Positions 33,134-43,390 of a stretch of DNA of 64,000 nt are shown piece after piece. Positions within the stretch are counted from its first letter, which is position 1, and each line of letters starts with the position of its first letter. The notes below the pieces were generated by a model, which saw only the letters and a program-made list of their open reading frames with translations, made no database searches and was not told the origin of the DNA. The stretch is from a virus (Duplodnaviria > Heunggongvirae > Uroviricota > Caudoviricetes): the IMG/VR virus record IMGVR_UViG_3300027304_000003. One strand, 5' to 3'. Both the position numbers and the translations under genes were made by a program.

Positions 33134-34383
33134 TATAAATACTGTTTGAATATATTTGTCATTCCTGAGCCTTGTTCTATCAAGAACCCTGTCACTTCTG
33201 CTTTGGACATAGTGTGACCATTCTTATCATCCCAAAGACTCTTAGCATTAGAGAATGCTGGAATTTGGTAAAACTTAATACCATTGAAATCATGACTCAC
33301 TTCATGATGTTTATCTCCTGTGAAGATATAGAAGTTATTATGGAAAGACCATCCTTCTCTATATTCTATTGGAAACAATGCAGCAAGCTTTGCAGGCTTA
33401 ATTGCATCTCCATGATTAAACATCAATGCTGAACCACCATAACTTACATACTTTCTATACTTAGGAGAACAATCAAATGTTAATCTCTCTGTATTTCTAA
33501 AGTAAGTTTGTAACCAATTAACCATATGCCATCCTACAAACTCATCATGATTACCTGCTACATACACAACATTTACATTCTCAGCATATTGTAATAACAT
33601 TGTAATCATCAACACCTCGTGTCCACAGATATATTCAAAAGATGTTTGATATGTATGAGTGTTTGTTTGAGGAGTACCCTTTGTGGTCATTCCTGTAAAC
33701 TCACTGTTAAACTCATCAGAACCAAGGATATATGTAATTTGATCTAAGTTATTTGAAAGTGTTGCTTGATTAGCAATCACCTCTACCTTGTACATAATAT
33801 TAGCTAGTCTGTCAGTAATATTATTATTGCCATCAATGTCATATTTGTTTAAATGAGAATCCTGTTTGTTAATGATTAACATAGCAGGAAACTTATTTCC
33901 TTCCCACTTAGGACTCATAACTTCTTGAGACACAGGCTTATATGAATCTAAAAAGTCTACAAACGCATCTTGAAAAACTTGTTCTGTAGACTTCTTCCCT
34001 AACCATGCTTTGACTTGCCAATGGGGTGTTTCTCCATTTCCCCAGTAGTTCTGTACGTATTTGGTGATTTCCCATTTATCTGTGTCAATCTTACACTTTA
34101 CTATGAGCTCATCTAAGCTCTTGATTTCATCCTTTGTATTGATGACAATCTCTCCAGTTCCTTTAAGAATGTCTTCTTCAAATCTTACTATTGTTTCCTC
34201 TAACTCAGAAATGTAGTTACCTAATTCTGCTTCTTGTATAATACTTTCTCTAGTTCTCAACTCTTTTAATAACTCATCAACGTCTGATTCTGCAATTCCA
34301 AGCTTATCAGCGTAGAATTTTTTACTCTTTTTCCAGTGCAAAATCTCTTCTAGCTGGTTCAGCAATGCTTGATAGTCAGGCAT
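33133..34383 (-). CDS. 416-aa protein with a coiled-coil N-terminal half and a calcineurin-like metallophosphoesterase C-terminal half.
   Basis: Metallophosphoesterase motifs read in order: INKQDSHL (DxH), ILGSDEF (GDxxD-like), VYVAGNHDEF (GNHD/E), MFNHGD, FTGDKHHE. Confidence 0.6.
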   Translation of the reverse strand: MPDYQALLNQLEEILHWKKSKKFYADKLGIAESDVDELLKELRTRESIIQEAELGNYISELEETIVRFEEDILKGTGEIVINTKDEIKSLDELIVKCKIDTDKWEITKYVQNYWGNGETPHWQVKAWLGKKSTEQVFQDAFVDFLDSYKPVSQEVMSPKWEGNKFPAMLIINKQDSHLNKYDIDGNNNITDRLANIMYKVEVIANQATLSNNLDQITYILGSDEFNSEFTGMTTKGTPQTNTHTYQTSFEYICGHEVLMITMLLQYAENVNVVYVAGNHDEFVGWHMVNWLQTYFRNTERLTFDCSPKYRKYVSYGGSALMFNHGDAIKPAKLAALFPIEYREGWSFHNNFYIFTGDKHHEVSHDFNGIKFYQIPAFSNAKSLWDDKNGHTMSKAEVTGFLIEQGSGMTNIFKQYL

Positions 34384-34497
34384 ATATAGTTTATTTTGGT
34401 TAAAATTATTGTAAAGATAGGAACTATTTCTGAAATTCCCAAAAATAACCTAACTATTTTGGTTATATAGAATAACTTTTTTAGTTAGAGTTTAAAC

Positions 34498-34530
34498 AAA
34501 AACCCCCAGCCTTGAAAGGCCAGGGGATAT
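34498..34530 (-). terminator. Intrinsic terminator after the 284-aa appendage gene.
   Basis: The minus-strand RNA hairpin CCCCUGGCC-UUUCAA-GGCUGGGGG is followed by UUUUUGUUU. Its two G-U wobbles pair only in the minus orientation. Confidence 0.7.
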
Positions 34531-34563
34531 CCTGTAAACCAATAAACAGGATTTTTTGGTATC

Positions 34564-35418
34564 TTAAGCAGTACAAGCTTCAGAGCAGGTTGATCTGCTT
34601 GGTGAGCCAAATAAATCTACATTAAAGTAAGGTCCAGCTACAGGGTTTAATATTTCATAAACATCAGTGCTTGCAGGTGGATGATAGAAGTAACCAAGGT
34701 CTAATGCATTTGTAGCTCTTCCTACAGCAGTTGTTCCTTCTGCACAATCTTGTGTACAATCCAATCTTAGTATGTTGTAATAGTAGTAGCTATCATTACA
34801 AGTGGCAACTAAGCTAAATGTACCAGAGCCATTGGTTGAACAGTTTACTATATCAGTTCTTAAACGATACGTACCTGCAGGTAGAATGTAATTTGTTAAA
34901 CTAGATGTCCATGTTCCTGGATTAGAACCTACTTGGACATAGCTAAATGTATATAGTACAGTTGTGTTTGCAGCGTCCATGATGTATGCTGAATAGTATC
35001 TTGTACCAGTTCCAGAGTAGTAATATCCACCAGGAGTAATAAATGCTGTATTACCTGCTGTCACTGTAAATAATGATGAATCACCTGCAGAGCATGTAGC
35101 AATTGCGTTTGTATCACCAGTTAAACAACCCAATGGATTTGTAGTAGTTGTACTTGTTGTTGAAGAAGAAGAAGTTGATGTTGTTGTAGTGGTTATTGTT
35201 CCACTGATAAACATATCAATAAAGTTTACACAAGCTCCTTCAGATTGTGTTCTAATGATTGTAGCATTATCAGGCACACCTGTAAGACTATATCCTGCTT
35301 GCAAAGCAGCTTTTGATATACCAGATGCTAATGCTGTTGTAAAGCCATCAGCATCTGAATAAAGATTAAAGGGTCCTGTATCTACCCCAGCTAAAGTTAA
35401 TGTTACTAATACTGTCAT
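34564..35418 (-). CDS. 284-aa appendage protein with the shared N-terminal module, a Thr/Ser-rich linker (TTTTTSTSSSSTTSTTTTN) and a C-terminal beta-rich domain.
   Basis: ORF; N-terminal paralogy to the 288-aa protein. A strong terminator follows it on the minus strand. Confidence 0.75.
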   Translation of the reverse strand: MTVLVTLTLAGVDTGPFNLYSDADGFTTALASGISKAALQAGYSLTGVPDNATIIRTQSEGACVNFIDMFISGTITTTTTSTSSSSTTSTTTTNPLGCLTGDTNAIATCSAGDSSLFTVTAGNTAFITPGGYYYSGTGTRYYSAYIMDAANTTVLYTFSYVQVGSNPGTWTSSLTNYILPAGTYRLRTDIVNCSTNGSGTFSLVATCNDSYYYYNILRLDCTQDCAEGTTAVGRATNALDLGYFYHPPASTDVYEILNPVAGPYFNVDLFGSPSRSTCSEACTA

Positions 35419-35437
35419 TTTATATTTGGTTTTTATA

Positions 35438-37093
35438 TTAAAGTTGAGTCCATGAGCCTCCTCCAGTTATTGATCTAAATAATCCAGTTGTTGATGCAAG
35501 TAATCTATATACTCCATCTGTACCACCTACAGCACAATCTGTAAATGGTCTTTGTCCCATACCAGTAAGATTACTATTAATAACAGATCCTAAAGTATCA
35601 CCACCAACAGGATATGTTTCTGCTGGAAAAGTTATTTGGTTAGGAGAGTCACCTGCATAAGTCATTACAGTGCCATATCCAGAAGGAGATGTAGATGTAT
35701 ATAATTGTCCAACTCTGTACCACCTTCTTAAAGAGTCTCCATTTGTAATACTGGTAAAAGATGCTCCATAATTAGTAGACTTAAACATATATCCTCTTGA
35801 TAAATATCCTCCACCAAAACCACTAGTAGATCCTGTTACAACAACAGTTGAACCATCACTACTACAACTAATATCTACTACATATTGAGTTCCAACACTT
35901 ATTGTTTGCCAAGTTACACCATAGTTAGATGATCTCATTACATATCCATAAGAAAAATCAGTATATGAAAGATACATATATTGACCATCATTGCTTATTG
36001 CTACTCCTTGTATACTTCTATACTGTTGTGCTATTAATCCTGGAACATACGACCAAGATCCATTAGCTCCATAGTTATTTGAAATCTTTGTACTAAAAGT
36101 TATACCACCTGGTTCTTCATAACAAACTATTATATATTGTCCATTTCCAGACATTCCTGTTCCTTCAAAATATTCTTGTGTATGAGCATTTACTCTTAGA
36201 GTTATATCATCATAAGACGCACCATAATTACTAGATAAAAATAGTGGACCATTTAATGAACTAGCAATCATATACTGACCAGTGTCAGACATTGCTATTC
36301 TTTGCCAATAATATAATGTATTTGTAGAAGATGCTTGCCACGTTGCACCATAATCAATAGATCTATATAAACTTCCTTGTAAGAAACCTATATTTCCTCC
36401 AGCAGAACCAGTTGCTACCATTTGATATTGACCAGATCCTCTATTCATAGATACTGCTGTTATAGGAATTCCTCCATTCTGATCTTGGAAGTTAACATTT
36501 ATAGGAGTTGCTTGTCCATCAATGATAGTTAATTCTATATCATTAGGAGCATATATAGTTTCATAATTAAGAGGAATTAAAGTATATTGTGGTCCACTTA
36601 CATTAAAAAAAGTACCATCAGAGACTACATTTCCATTTACAGATAATGTCACACTAAAAAATCCTGATGGGCTAGTACTAGTACCATCAACTTCTATATA
36701 TAAAAAAGGGTCAAGACTACTACCAAATTGAGAATAGTATTGAGAAGTTTGAGTTGAAGATGCAGGAAGACTCCAAAGTCCCACTGGTACTTGATAAGTA
36801 AAATCATAATAATATATTCCTGTGAAAGATATACCATAATTAGGAACTAGTGTAGCACCTCCATACAATGCAACGTTGTCTTTTACAATTAGTTGATTTT
36901 GAGACTTATTAGCAAATGGAGGATATTCTGATACACTACTAGGTACAACTATATAATCTTCAAAATCTTGTTTGGTAATTTGTTCATTACTTACAGGAAT
37001 AGGTTGACTAAAGAAAAACAATCCTGTGTTACAAGCATCTTGTAAATTATTAAATGATATACACTGATTAGGTAGTAATGTATTCCAACTCAT
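35438..37093 (-). CDS. 551-aa BNR/Asp-box repeat protein. Predicted beta-propeller of sialidase-like or glycan-binding type; fibre/receptor-binding candidate.
   Basis: Repeated SxDxGxTW-type motifs: SIDYGATWQ, SSNYGVTWQ, STNYGASFT, SSNYGASYD, NNYGANGSW, TGGGSWTQL. Confidence 0.7.
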   Translation of the reverse strand: MSWNTLLPNQCISFNNLQDACNTGLFFFSQPIPVSNEQITKQDFEDYIVVPSSVSEYPPFANKSQNQLIVKDNVALYGGATLVPNYGISFTGIYYYDFTYQVPVGLWSLPASSTQTSQYYSQFGSSLDPFLYIEVDGTSTSPSGFFSVTLSVNGNVVSDGTFFNVSGPQYTLIPLNYETIYAPNDIELTIIDGQATPINVNFQDQNGGIPITAVSMNRGSGQYQMVATGSAGGNIGFLQGSLYRSIDYGATWQASSTNTLYYWQRIAMSDTGQYMIASSLNGPLFLSSNYGASYDDITLRVNAHTQEYFEGTGMSGNGQYIIVCYEEPGGITFSTKISNNYGANGSWSYVPGLIAQQYRSIQGVAISNDGQYMYLSYTDFSYGYVMRSSNYGVTWQTISVGTQYVVDISCSSDGSTVVVTGSTSGFGGGYLSRGYMFKSTNYGASFTSITNGDSLRRWYRVGQLYTSTSPSGYGTVMTYAGDSPNQITFPAETYPVGGDTLGSVINSNLTGMGQRPFTDCAVGGTDGVYRLLASTTGLFRSITGGGSWTQL

Positions 37094-39279
37094 TATTTGT
37101 TTAATTTAGCTTCTAATTCTGCAATTCTTTTTTCTAATGCTGCTATCTTTAATGTATGTACGTCCATGTAATTTACAGATAGTTTATCTTCTCCTGTAAC
37201 TGCGTCTGGAAGTATTGATTGTACTTGTTGAGCAGAATAACCATATCTAACTTTATCTGTGTCATTGTCAGTTCTTATAAACTTAATTACGTCTATACCT
37301 AATAAATCTATTTGAGGATTATATTCTAATACATTTTTATATCTAATATCTGATGTCTCAAAAAATCCTGTTGCTGAGATGGCTGTATTAGATACCCATC
37401 CTGTAGCTGTAATTGCATAAAATGAAAAAGCTAATGCTGAGTTATATATACCTTTATCTGCAACATCATTTACAAAGTGACCACTACTCTTTATTTCTGT
37501 ACCACTATATACACTTCCACTACATTCAAGACTTTGTCCTAAGCCACCAACAGCATTAATAGATACATATCTAGTAAAATTAACTACAGTTCCATTATCT
37601 GTTATAGGAGCATTACCAACTGCTGTGGCACTAGTAAACTTAGCAAGGTTATTTGTTGTACCACTTATAGTTCCAGCACCACTTGAACCAGAAGATCCAG
37701 ATGAACCAGATGAACCAGATGATCCACTTGAACCAGATGTTCCAGTAGCTCCAGAAGTTGCACTAGATCCACTTGATCCTGAAGAACCAGATGATCCAGA
37801 AGAACCACTTGTTCCATTAGTACCAGATGTACCAGATGTACCATTGGCTCCAGCATCACCTGTATCACCTTTTACACCTTGAGGTCCAGTGGGACCAGTT
37901 AAACCAGTGTCACCCTTTAAACCCTGAGGACCTGTTGGGCCTGTTGGACCAGTTAATCCTATTACACCTTGAGGTCCTTGTGCACCTTGAGGACCAGTAG
38001 GGCCTGTTGGACCTGCAATACCTTGTGGTCCAGTAGGGCCTGCAATGCCTTGTGGTCCAGTAGGTCCTACTGGACCTGTAGGACCAGCAACACCACTTGT
38101 ACCACTTGTACCACTTGTACCAGTACTTGTACCAGAAGTGGCAGCAGTACCTGATGTACCTGTAGTCCCTGTTGTGCCTGATGTTCCTGTGCTACCTGAG
38201 GTGCCTGTTGTTCCAGACGTACCTGTAGTACCTGTGGTACCAGAGGTACCTGTAGTACCAGATGTGCCTGAGGAAGCAGACGTACCAGCTGTACCAGACG
38301 TGCCATTAATTCCAGAAGTACCATTACCACCAGCTGCACCAAACAGATTCACTGTCCATACAGCATAAGTTCCTGCACCCACTGCTGTGGTGACATTAAC
38401 CACCATAGCACCTGTTCCACTATTGTAAGAGGTAACAGTTCCTTGCATTGTATTGCTTACATCATATACTATGATAACTGTCTGTGCAATACTATATGCT
38501 AGTCCTGTTCCTACTGTTAAACTCTTTGCTCCTGCTCCTATTAATAAAGAAGTTGTAGAACTTGTTAAATATCTATCTCCATCTAGACCTGCAGTTCCAG
38601 AAGATGCTGATGTGCCAGATGTTCCAGCTGTACCAGTTAATCCACTAGATGCAGAGGTACCTGAAGTTGCACTTGTACCAGCTGTAGCATCTTGACCAGA
38701 TGTTCCTGCTGTGGCATCCTGACCACTAGTTCCAGAACTTCCATCTGTTCCAGTAGTTCCATTAGTTCCAGATGTTCCAGAAGTTCCATCAGCAGCAGAA
38801 GTACCACTAGTAGCAGAAGTACCTGAAGTACCACTTAAACCATTTGTACCACTTACACCACCAGAGCCACTAGTTCCATTTGAACCAGCTCTACCAGAAG
38901 AACCACTTGTACCACTAGAACCATTTGATGATGTACCAGATGAACCTGTAACTCCAGATGAACCAGAAGTACCATTTGATCCAGAAGGACCTGTAGCACC
39001 AGAGGTTGCAGATGTTCCATTAGTTCCAGATCTACCAGAAGAGCCAGAGGAACCTGAAGTACCAGAGGTTCCATTCAATCCTACTACACCATTACTAAAA
39101 GCATCATCTATTAATGATAGTGCACAGTCTAAGTTTTGTCCAGTTTGTATTCCTGTGTAAGGTAAGTTAGGTCCATTATATATAACAAGATTTGCTGTAG
39201 TTGCACAAGGAAGTGAATTACAGTTTTCATTAGGATGATAATATGCGTTATAACAAGGATCGCCAGGGTTGCAAGCCAT
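37093..39279 (-). CDS. 728-aa collagen-like tail fibre with a C-terminal peptidase-S74 intramolecular-chaperone (autoproteolytic) domain.
   Basis: A long (G-X-Y)n tract ([22 protein letters not shown]...[22 protein letters not shown]) is flanked by (GTS/GSS)n low complexity. The C-terminus reads SDIRYKN...[16 protein letters not shown], which matches the S74 Ser-Lys dyad region and the GFIAQEV-like motif. Confidence 0.8.
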   Translation of the reverse strand: MACNPGDPCYNAYYHPNENCNSLPCATTANLVIYNGPNLPYTGIQTGQNLDCALSLIDDAFSNGVVGLNGTSGTSGSSGSSGRSGTNGTSATSGATGPSGSNGTSGSSGVTGSSGTSSNGSSGTSGSSGRAGSNGTSGSGGVSGTNGLSGTSGTSATSGTSAADGTSGTSGTNGTTGTDGSSGTSGQDATAGTSGQDATAGTSATSGTSASSGLTGTAGTSGTSASSGTAGLDGDRYLTSSTTSLLIGAGAKSLTVGTGLAYSIAQTVIIVYDVSNTMQGTVTSYNSGTGAMVVNVTTAVGAGTYAVWTVNLFGAAGGNGTSGINGTSGTAGTSASSGTSGTTGTSGTTGTTGTSGTTGTSGSTGTSGTTGTTGTSGTAATSGTSTGTSGTSGTSGVAGPTGPVGPTGPQGIAGPTGPQGIAGPTGPTGPQGAQGPQGVIGLTGPTGPTGPQGLKGDTGLTGPTGPQGVKGDTGDAGANGTSGTSGTNGTSGSSGSSGSSGSSGSSATSGATGTSGSSGSSGSSGSSGSSGSSGAGTISGTTNNLAKFTSATAVGNAPITDNGTVVNFTRYVSINAVGGLGQSLECSGSVYSGTEIKSSGHFVNDVADKGIYNSALAFSFYAITATGWVSNTAISATGFFETSDIRYKNVLEYNPQIDLLGIDVIKFIRTDNDTDKVRYGYSAQQVQSILPDAVTGEDKLSVNYMDVHTLKIAALEKRIAELEAKLNK
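37640..39070 (-). repeat. Coding low-complexity repeats: (GGT/AGT/ACT/TCT)n encoding G-T-S/G-S-S runs, and a (G-X-Y)n collagen tract at about 37858-38100.
   Basis: Periodic CCAG(A/T)... at the nucleotide level and GXY at the protein level. Confidence 0.8.
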
Positions 39280-39300
39280 TTTATTATTAGTTTAAATAAA

Positions 39301-40434
39301 TTAAGGAATATACATTATATAATACGCAGCAATAACAGGTTGAATGTTTGCATGAGAACCACCACCACCTGTGTTATCAATTCCAATAGCTACGTTACCA
39401 GGATTGTTAGAAGTAACTGTTATTCCAGTTGTACTAGTTGTAGTTTGAACATTCTTAGGAGTTCTATTTACAATACCAATACTACCTGAACTATCCCAAC
39501 CTTCTGGTGTATTACCAACAAAATGAAAGTGACCAGGATCATTTAATGTAACAGTTGTTGTTCCTATTCCAGTATGTGAGTGAGAAGGCATTTGTGATGT
39601 AATAAGTGTTACAGTATTTGCACCTGCTGTGGTAAATAATGCATAGTTTGGATTTCCTACAAAGTTAGGATCTACAGCAGCATCAAGACCAATATTAATA
39701 GGAGGAACATTTGCAATAGCTCCAACAGCAACACGTCCTCTTTTATCAGGAGTGGCATTAAGACCATTACATAAATATACCTTATAGAAACCAAGATTTG
39801 GAATACCAACTCCTGATCCATCAAAGTTAGTTAATGGTCCATAGTATTCATATGCTACAAATGGAACCATTTTCAAATACTGTTGGATAGAAGAACCACC
39901 TGAAGAGCTAGCTATATAAGCTGCTATCAAAGCATCAAGGTCTGATAGTTTAACATAGTTTGTAGCTACATCAAGTTCAAGAGCAGCAAGATCAGCTATA
40001 GTATCACATAGCCTTGTTATAATAGCTTGGACAATAGCATGTGTATCTGAGCTAGCTGTTACACCAGTCAAACAATCAATTGTATAGTCAGCATTTAGTA
40101 TAGCTATTTCAGCATCAATTGCATCAATCTGAGCTTGTAAGTCACAAACTACTTTTACTAAAGCATTAAACAACTGTGCAGATGTCCAAGTATCTGCTTC
40201 ACTTGGAGTAGGTAAATAACCATTTAAAATAGCACAACGTATACTTTCTAATATAACAATGCTATCTCCTTCCCCAGTTAAAAGAGGAACTAAACTATTA
40301 ATTATATTATCTAAGACAGTCTGAAGATTATCTCCAGATTGTATATCTAAAGGAATGCTGTCAAGACCTGTATATCTAACACATTGGTCAGATACAGTTT
40401 CTACACAGCCATTATAGCAACTTTCACAAGACAT
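39301..40434 (-). CDS. 377-aa tail-fibre protein with a C-terminal phage tail-collar domain.
   Basis: TPDKRGRVAVGA ... MPSHSHTG ... GGGGSHANIQPVIAAYYIMYI matches tail-collar (LPDLRGR / HxH / NxQP) signatures. Confidence 0.65.
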   Translation of the reverse strand: MSCESCYNGCVETVSDQCVRYTGLDSIPLDIQSGDNLQTVLDNIINSLVPLLTGEGDSIVILESIRCAILNGYLPTPSEADTWTSAQLFNALVKVVCDLQAQIDAIDAEIAILNADYTIDCLTGVTASSDTHAIVQAIITRLCDTIADLAALELDVATNYVKLSDLDALIAAYIASSSGGSSIQQYLKMVPFVAYEYYGPLTNFDGSGVGIPNLGFYKVYLCNGLNATPDKRGRVAVGAIANVPPINIGLDAAVDPNFVGNPNYALFTTAGANTVTLITSQMPSHSHTGIGTTTVTLNDPGHFHFVGNTPEGWDSSGSIGIVNRTPKNVQTTTSTTGITVTSNNPGNVAIGIDNTGGGGSHANIQPVIAAYYIMYIP

Positions 40435-40441
40435 GGTTTAT

Positions 40442-40717
40442 TTATTTATAAATTAACACTTTAACTCTACTTACAACTTGAGATGTAGTGGGAAGACCAC
40501 ATACCATAGCATAGGTTGGGTTACAAAGTCTGTATGTTAATATTTGTTTGTAATTTAATAAATCTTGTATTATCTCTCCAGGAATATAATTATTCAAAGA
40601 GAAGACAATATTATTATATTGGAGCTTTGCCCAATATGTTAATCTTTCATCAATTTGTGTTAATGTAACAGGAATACTGGCATCAATAACACAATCTGTT
40701 AATCTTGGTGATAACAT
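40442..40717 (-). CDS. 91-aa protein, unknown function.
   Basis: ORF in the operon. Confidence 0.5.
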   Translation of the reverse strand: MLSPRLTDCVIDASIPVTLTQIDERLTYWAKLQYNNIVFSLNNYIPGEIIQDLLNYKQILTYRLCNPTYAMVCGLPTTSQVVSRVKVLIYK

Positions 40718-40830
40718 CTTTTATTCTATTTGTAGCAGTTTTAAGTTTGTTGTTGCATGCTGAACATAGGCCATTAATTAATTGACACCCACATCCTACC
40801 TTCATGCCACATCCTCTACAGTTTGCCATA

Positions 40831-41388
40831 TTAAGGAAAATTAATTATATAGTTGTTTCCTGTACAACCACATTGGTTTGCAATAAAATAATCCAATTGT
40901 CTATTAGCTTGGATATATAATTTGTTGGCTGTATCAATAGCACAGTTATTAGCTGCTGCTATGGAGCCTTGAATCATAAAGCTTATACTACTTAAAACTA
41001 CTTTTGCTTGTGTTCTTATAGCTGAATCACATTCCATCATGTCTAATTTCATAAATGCACCATCAAACTTTTCTTGAATAAGCTCAGTACGCATAATGTT
41101 CTTCTCTACAAAATTTGTAGTAGCTGGAGCAACTGAGTATTTCATGAAATATATTCCATCAGGCAAAGGCGATGTTGCTGGAAATGGAGTTAGTCCTAAA
41201 ATGATTGAATTATAAACATTGAAGCTATTAACATTAAATGGAATAGCTACAGGTGTTGTGAAACCAGGAACAGTAATTTGCATAGTAGGAGCACTAACAA
41301 CAGGTGGATTTGTATCATAGACAGATATGTCAGCTATACCTAATGTTTGTGTAGTGTATGTATTAATTACTAAAAAATCTAATGTCAT
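40831..41388 (-). CDS. 185-aa structural protein, unknown function.
   Basis: ORF; it follows a terminator/attenuator hairpin. Confidence 0.65.
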   Translation of the reverse strand: MTLDFLVINTYTTQTLGIADISVYDTNPPVVSAPTMQITVPGFTTPVAIPFNVNSFNVYNSIILGLTPFPATSPLPDGIYFMKYSVAPATTNFVEKNIMRTELIQEKFDGAFMKLDMMECDSAIRTQAKVVLSSISFMIQGSIAAANNCAIDTANKLYIQANRQLDYFIANQCGCTGNNYIINFP

Positions 41389-41395
41389 GGTTTTT

Positions 41396-41443
41396 TCTAA
41401 TAAAAATGCCAGAGGATTTGAGATATCCTCTCACCCTCTGGCA
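41396..41443 (-). terminator. Hairpin plus U-tract after the 386-aa gene, with an alternative overlapping inner hairpin.
   Basis: A 9-bp stem TGCCAGAGG/CCTCTGGCA (41407-15/41435-43) is followed on the minus strand by TTTTTATT. A mutually exclusive 7-bp stem AGAGGAT/ATCCTCT (41411-17/41425-31) also exists. Confidence 0.6.
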
Positions 41444-41471
41444 TAGGTTAATATGATGCTACCTTTTTTCC

Positions 41472-42632
41472 TTAAGGGATCAAAGTAGTTGTTGTTGAAG
41501 TGCTAGGCCATACAGTAGTTGTAGTACTAGTAGTAGTGATACAAGCTGTGTCACCTGCAACAGCTCCTAAACCAGCTACTAATATAGCTTCGATAGCAGA
41601 TGTTTGATTCTCAGGAACAGCAATGATCACCATGCTATCTTCCATAATATAGTCACCCCATTGGTAAGCACTCTTATCATACTCATTGAATTTGATATAG
41701 TACAAATCATAGATCTGACCATCAGTTACCCAAGACTCAAAGTTCTCGTTGTAACCATTCATTCTGTATAAATGCTTTAAGTAACCAGCTTGGTAGCTAT
41801 AGAAGTTCTTCTCTAATTGTTGAACTTCAGCAGAAGTACCAACAGCATAGTTAGAACGTTGTGTGATAACAGGTTGAGCAACTCTATTACAAGGATCGTC
41901 AACGATGAAGTCAGCAGTTGTAGCTGGACCAGAGAAGATGAAAGTTCTAAAGTAGAATCTGTCATACTCCCAAGGGAATGCAGCAACGTCACAAGGTTGT
42001 CCATAAGCAGTCAAAGGTTTACCAGTAATACGTAACAACGCATCTTGATCGTTACCAATTCTTTGGAATTGATAGAACTGAGTCAAATAAATGTTGTCTG
42101 GGTTATCACCAGGTGCACGTGCTTCTAACTTTAAGATTAATGAATCAATTAAAGCAGGAACATCAACGTCTGTACAAGGATCATCACCACATCCAAGACA
42201 TGGAGCATTAACTGTTACAGAACGAGTGAAACCATTGAAATACAATGTGTTTAAGTAGCTAGAGAAACCACGTAAAGTTAATGTTACAATCTCACCAGGT
42301 TTTACTGTGAAGTCAACTACATCAGTTACTTGATTCACTGGAGTAGGACAACCTAAAGATTTGTACCATTCAGTTACATTTGTTTTACAAGAGTTACCAC
42401 TAGGACATCCAGAGATTTTGTCTGAACGCTTAGAACCTTGTAAGTAGGTGTTAACTCTACCTTGAGCTACATAAAAGTAAGGGGCAGCAGCAATGTTACT
42501 TGCATCTGCAACGCTGTAGTCATTTAGGAATATTCCTACTTGACCAGCTGTTAAATTCTGTGTTGATCCAGAGCTAGGTAATGTATTTCCTACTGGTACA
42601 ACAAAGAGGGTGGTTAGAGAAAAATCAGCCAT
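41472..42632 (-). CDS. 386-aa structural protein with a Thr-rich C-terminus (TTSTTTTVWPSTSTTTTLIP).
   Basis: ORF; followed on the minus strand by a strong hairpin plus U-tract. Confidence 0.75.
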   Translation of the reverse strand: MADFSLTTLFVVPVGNTLPSSGSTQNLTAGQVGIFLNDYSVADASNIAAAPYFYVAQGRVNTYLQGSKRSDKISGCPSGNSCKTNVTEWYKSLGCPTPVNQVTDVVDFTVKPGEIVTLTLRGFSSYLNTLYFNGFTRSVTVNAPCLGCGDDPCTDVDVPALIDSLILKLEARAPGDNPDNIYLTQFYQFQRIGNDQDALLRITGKPLTAYGQPCDVAAFPWEYDRFYFRTFIFSGPATTADFIVDDPCNRVAQPVITQRSNYAVGTSAEVQQLEKNFYSYQAGYLKHLYRMNGYNENFESWVTDGQIYDLYYIKFNEYDKSAYQWGDYIMEDSMVIIAVPENQTSAIEAILVAGLGAVAGDTACITTTSTTTTVWPSTSTTTTLIP

Positions 42633-42658
42633 TTTGCTTTATATTTAATTGTTAAAAA

Positions 42659-43390
42659 TTATTCGTTTGTTTGTATTCTGTAAATTGAGCTTTGAACAGC
42701 ACTTTGGTTTTCTGTATACATTGCCAAGTTTTGTACTGTCAGATCTAATAGTTCATCTTCTAGGTATAGTTCAAGTTCACAATCCTGATCGAATGAGGGT
42801 AAGCCATCAAGCATAATATATCCTGTCTTATTTATATATTGAGGATATCTCATGTAAGAGATATATATATCCTTAGGTGTAAATGTACCATCTGTAAATA
42901 TAGAGATCTCATCAGAAGATATAAAGTTGAATGTCTCTTGGTATTCAAAAGAAGGTCTGTAGTGGACATTGTTTAAGCAAAACTGTAAATCACCATGCTT
43001 AGCAAGATCTCTATTAATCCAAACCTTTCTATCTACACATCTTCCTTTATCAGCTAATATGTAACTATCTATGTAGAACATGTACTGAGGTACAAGAAGA
43101 TGGATGTTTGCAAACCATTGATTTAGTTCAGCATTCTTCAATACTAGAGGAAGAGGTTGGTGGTTGTAAGGCTGTACAAGACTTTGTAAGTCTTCGTAAC
43201 GCTTCTTGAACGCATCCATGCCTAATCCAGAAACTGTACTAAATCCATCAACCTTTTGCTTTATAAGCTTAATTTGAGCCTCATTCAACGCTAAGATCTT
43301 ATCTTCTACAGGAATCTCTTGATGCTCATTAGTGGATAGTTTATTTAGTTTCTGATCAATCTTATATAATAAACTATCTACTGGGATCAT
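42659..43390 (-). CDS. 243-aa structural protein, unknown function.
   Basis: ORF. Confidence 0.7.
   Translation of the reverse strand: MIPVDSLLYKIDQKLNKLSTNEHQEIPVEDKILALNEAQIKLIKQKVDGFSTVSGLGMDAFKKRYEDLQSLVQPYNHQPLPLVLKNAELNQWFANIHLLVPQYMFYIDSYILADKGRCVDRKVWINRDLAKHGDLQFCLNNVHYRPSFEYQETFNFISSDEISIFTDGTFTPKDIYISYMRYPQYINKTGYIMLDGLPSFDQDCELELYLEDELLDLTVQNLAMYTENQSAVQSSIYRIQTNE

Noticed and set aside
37625-39074. Overlapping ORFs on both strands within the collagen-like gene (37625-37882, 37665-37868, 38045-38368, 38067-38342, 38637-38834, 38853-39074).
   Set aside because: They are artefacts of the triplet-periodic (GXY/GTS) repeat. Every frame is open in repetitive sequence.
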